Assembly: GCF_004010195.1 (NCBI RefSeq)
Contig: NC_057748.1
Coordinates: 16,457,829-16,521,828 of the forward strand
DNA: 64,000 bases
Direction: 5' to 3'
Source of the DNA: Chiloscyllium plagiosum
Taxonomy: Eukaryota
A program made the translations under genes and the position numbers. The notes under the pieces were generated by a model, which was not told the DNA's origin, searched no databases, and saw nothing but the letters and a program-made list of their open reading frames with translations. Below, one piece after another: positions 63,229 through 64,000 of this stretch; the first letter of the stretch is position 1; each line of letters begins with the position of its first letter.

Positions 63229-64000
63229 AAACCTTATTAATGCTGGCCATGCCAATAACACCCACATCCCATGAAATAAATAAAAGCTATTTGGTTTATT
63301 GTTCGTGCGTCATATTTCCTATATCATTTCCACTGCTCCTTGTTTGTGTTCAAGTACAGTCGTTGACTGGTTATTGTGGGCAGTGGAGCTGTTTGCAACA
63401 GGATTAAATAACTCAGCACTATTCAGCTTAATGAAGGAAATGTTGGTTAGTTCATGTTTTCTCTTCAGCAAAACTATTAAGAAGTGCACAACTGGGACAT
63501 TAACAATAGCACATGATTCTAAACTGTAAAGGAAATGTAACTAACAATCTCCACTATCAAAGGTCACAAGATGCTGTGGTAGACTGAATGCTTATAAAAA
63601 TGTTTCTTTTCAGAATCAGGGGTTACAGTTTAAGGATAAAAGTGCCTTAATCATATGGGAACCGTGGAGCTGCTCTTTCATTAATGAGTCAGGACTGGTG
63701 GTGGTACTAATATGAGGGTCACCTTGCCTCAGGTAAGGTTGAGCAGGAGAGTTCTTCATGGTAACCTTAGCCAATGCAAGAATTGAACTCATGCTGTTGG
63801 CACTACTTTGCTTTGCAGCGAAGCATTTGAGACAACTGAGCTAACTGACCCCTAGGTTAAAGGTTACATTTGGTCTGAAATGAAGAGAAATTCCTTCAGC
63901 CAAAAAGTGATGAGCCTATGAAACTCTCTGCCACAGAAAGCAGTTGAGGCCAAAACATTGAATGCTTTCGAGGAGACAGATATAGTTTTTCAGGCTAAAG

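Noticed and set aside
1-64000. CRISPR arrays, rRNA genes or prokaryotic systems
   Set aside because: Eukaryotic repeat-rich DNA with no regularly spaced repeat-spacer structure or rRNA similarity.

Overview
Vertebrate genomic DNA, almost certainly from a shark. The evidence is HE1-type V-SINEs, abundant HER1/CR1-type LINEs, Deu-domain SINEs and Penelope-like elements; the species cannot be fixed from sequence alone. There are two assembly gaps (9144-9615, 55870-56421). The only supportable host gene is a six-exon B7-family (IgV-IgC-TM) gene on the + strand, most similar to ICOS ligand. I reconstructed it by hand: 11386-11438, 41044-41102, 42057-42398, 44438-44731, 46365-46511, 53321-53415. 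All junctions are GT-AG and in phase, giving 329 aa, and exon 1 lies in a CpG-rich promoter with a kappaB site. Its ~29.6 kb first intron holds a full-length, decayed, antisense endogenous retrovirus (19389-28289). The provirus has two LTRs, a tRNA-Ser PBS, a PPT, a 5-bp TSD and gag-pro-pol-env. It has a gamma-type env and a remnant 2H-phosphoesterase (CNPase-like) segment between protease and RT, which points to an epsilon-like fish retrovirus lineage. Scattered through the window are short, often palindromic Penelope-derived insertions with 11-15 bp TSDs, and several carry minimal hammerhead-ribozyme cores. Almost all other ORFs in the supplied track are TE fragments or chance ORFs. Family assignments come from recalled motifs, not database searches.
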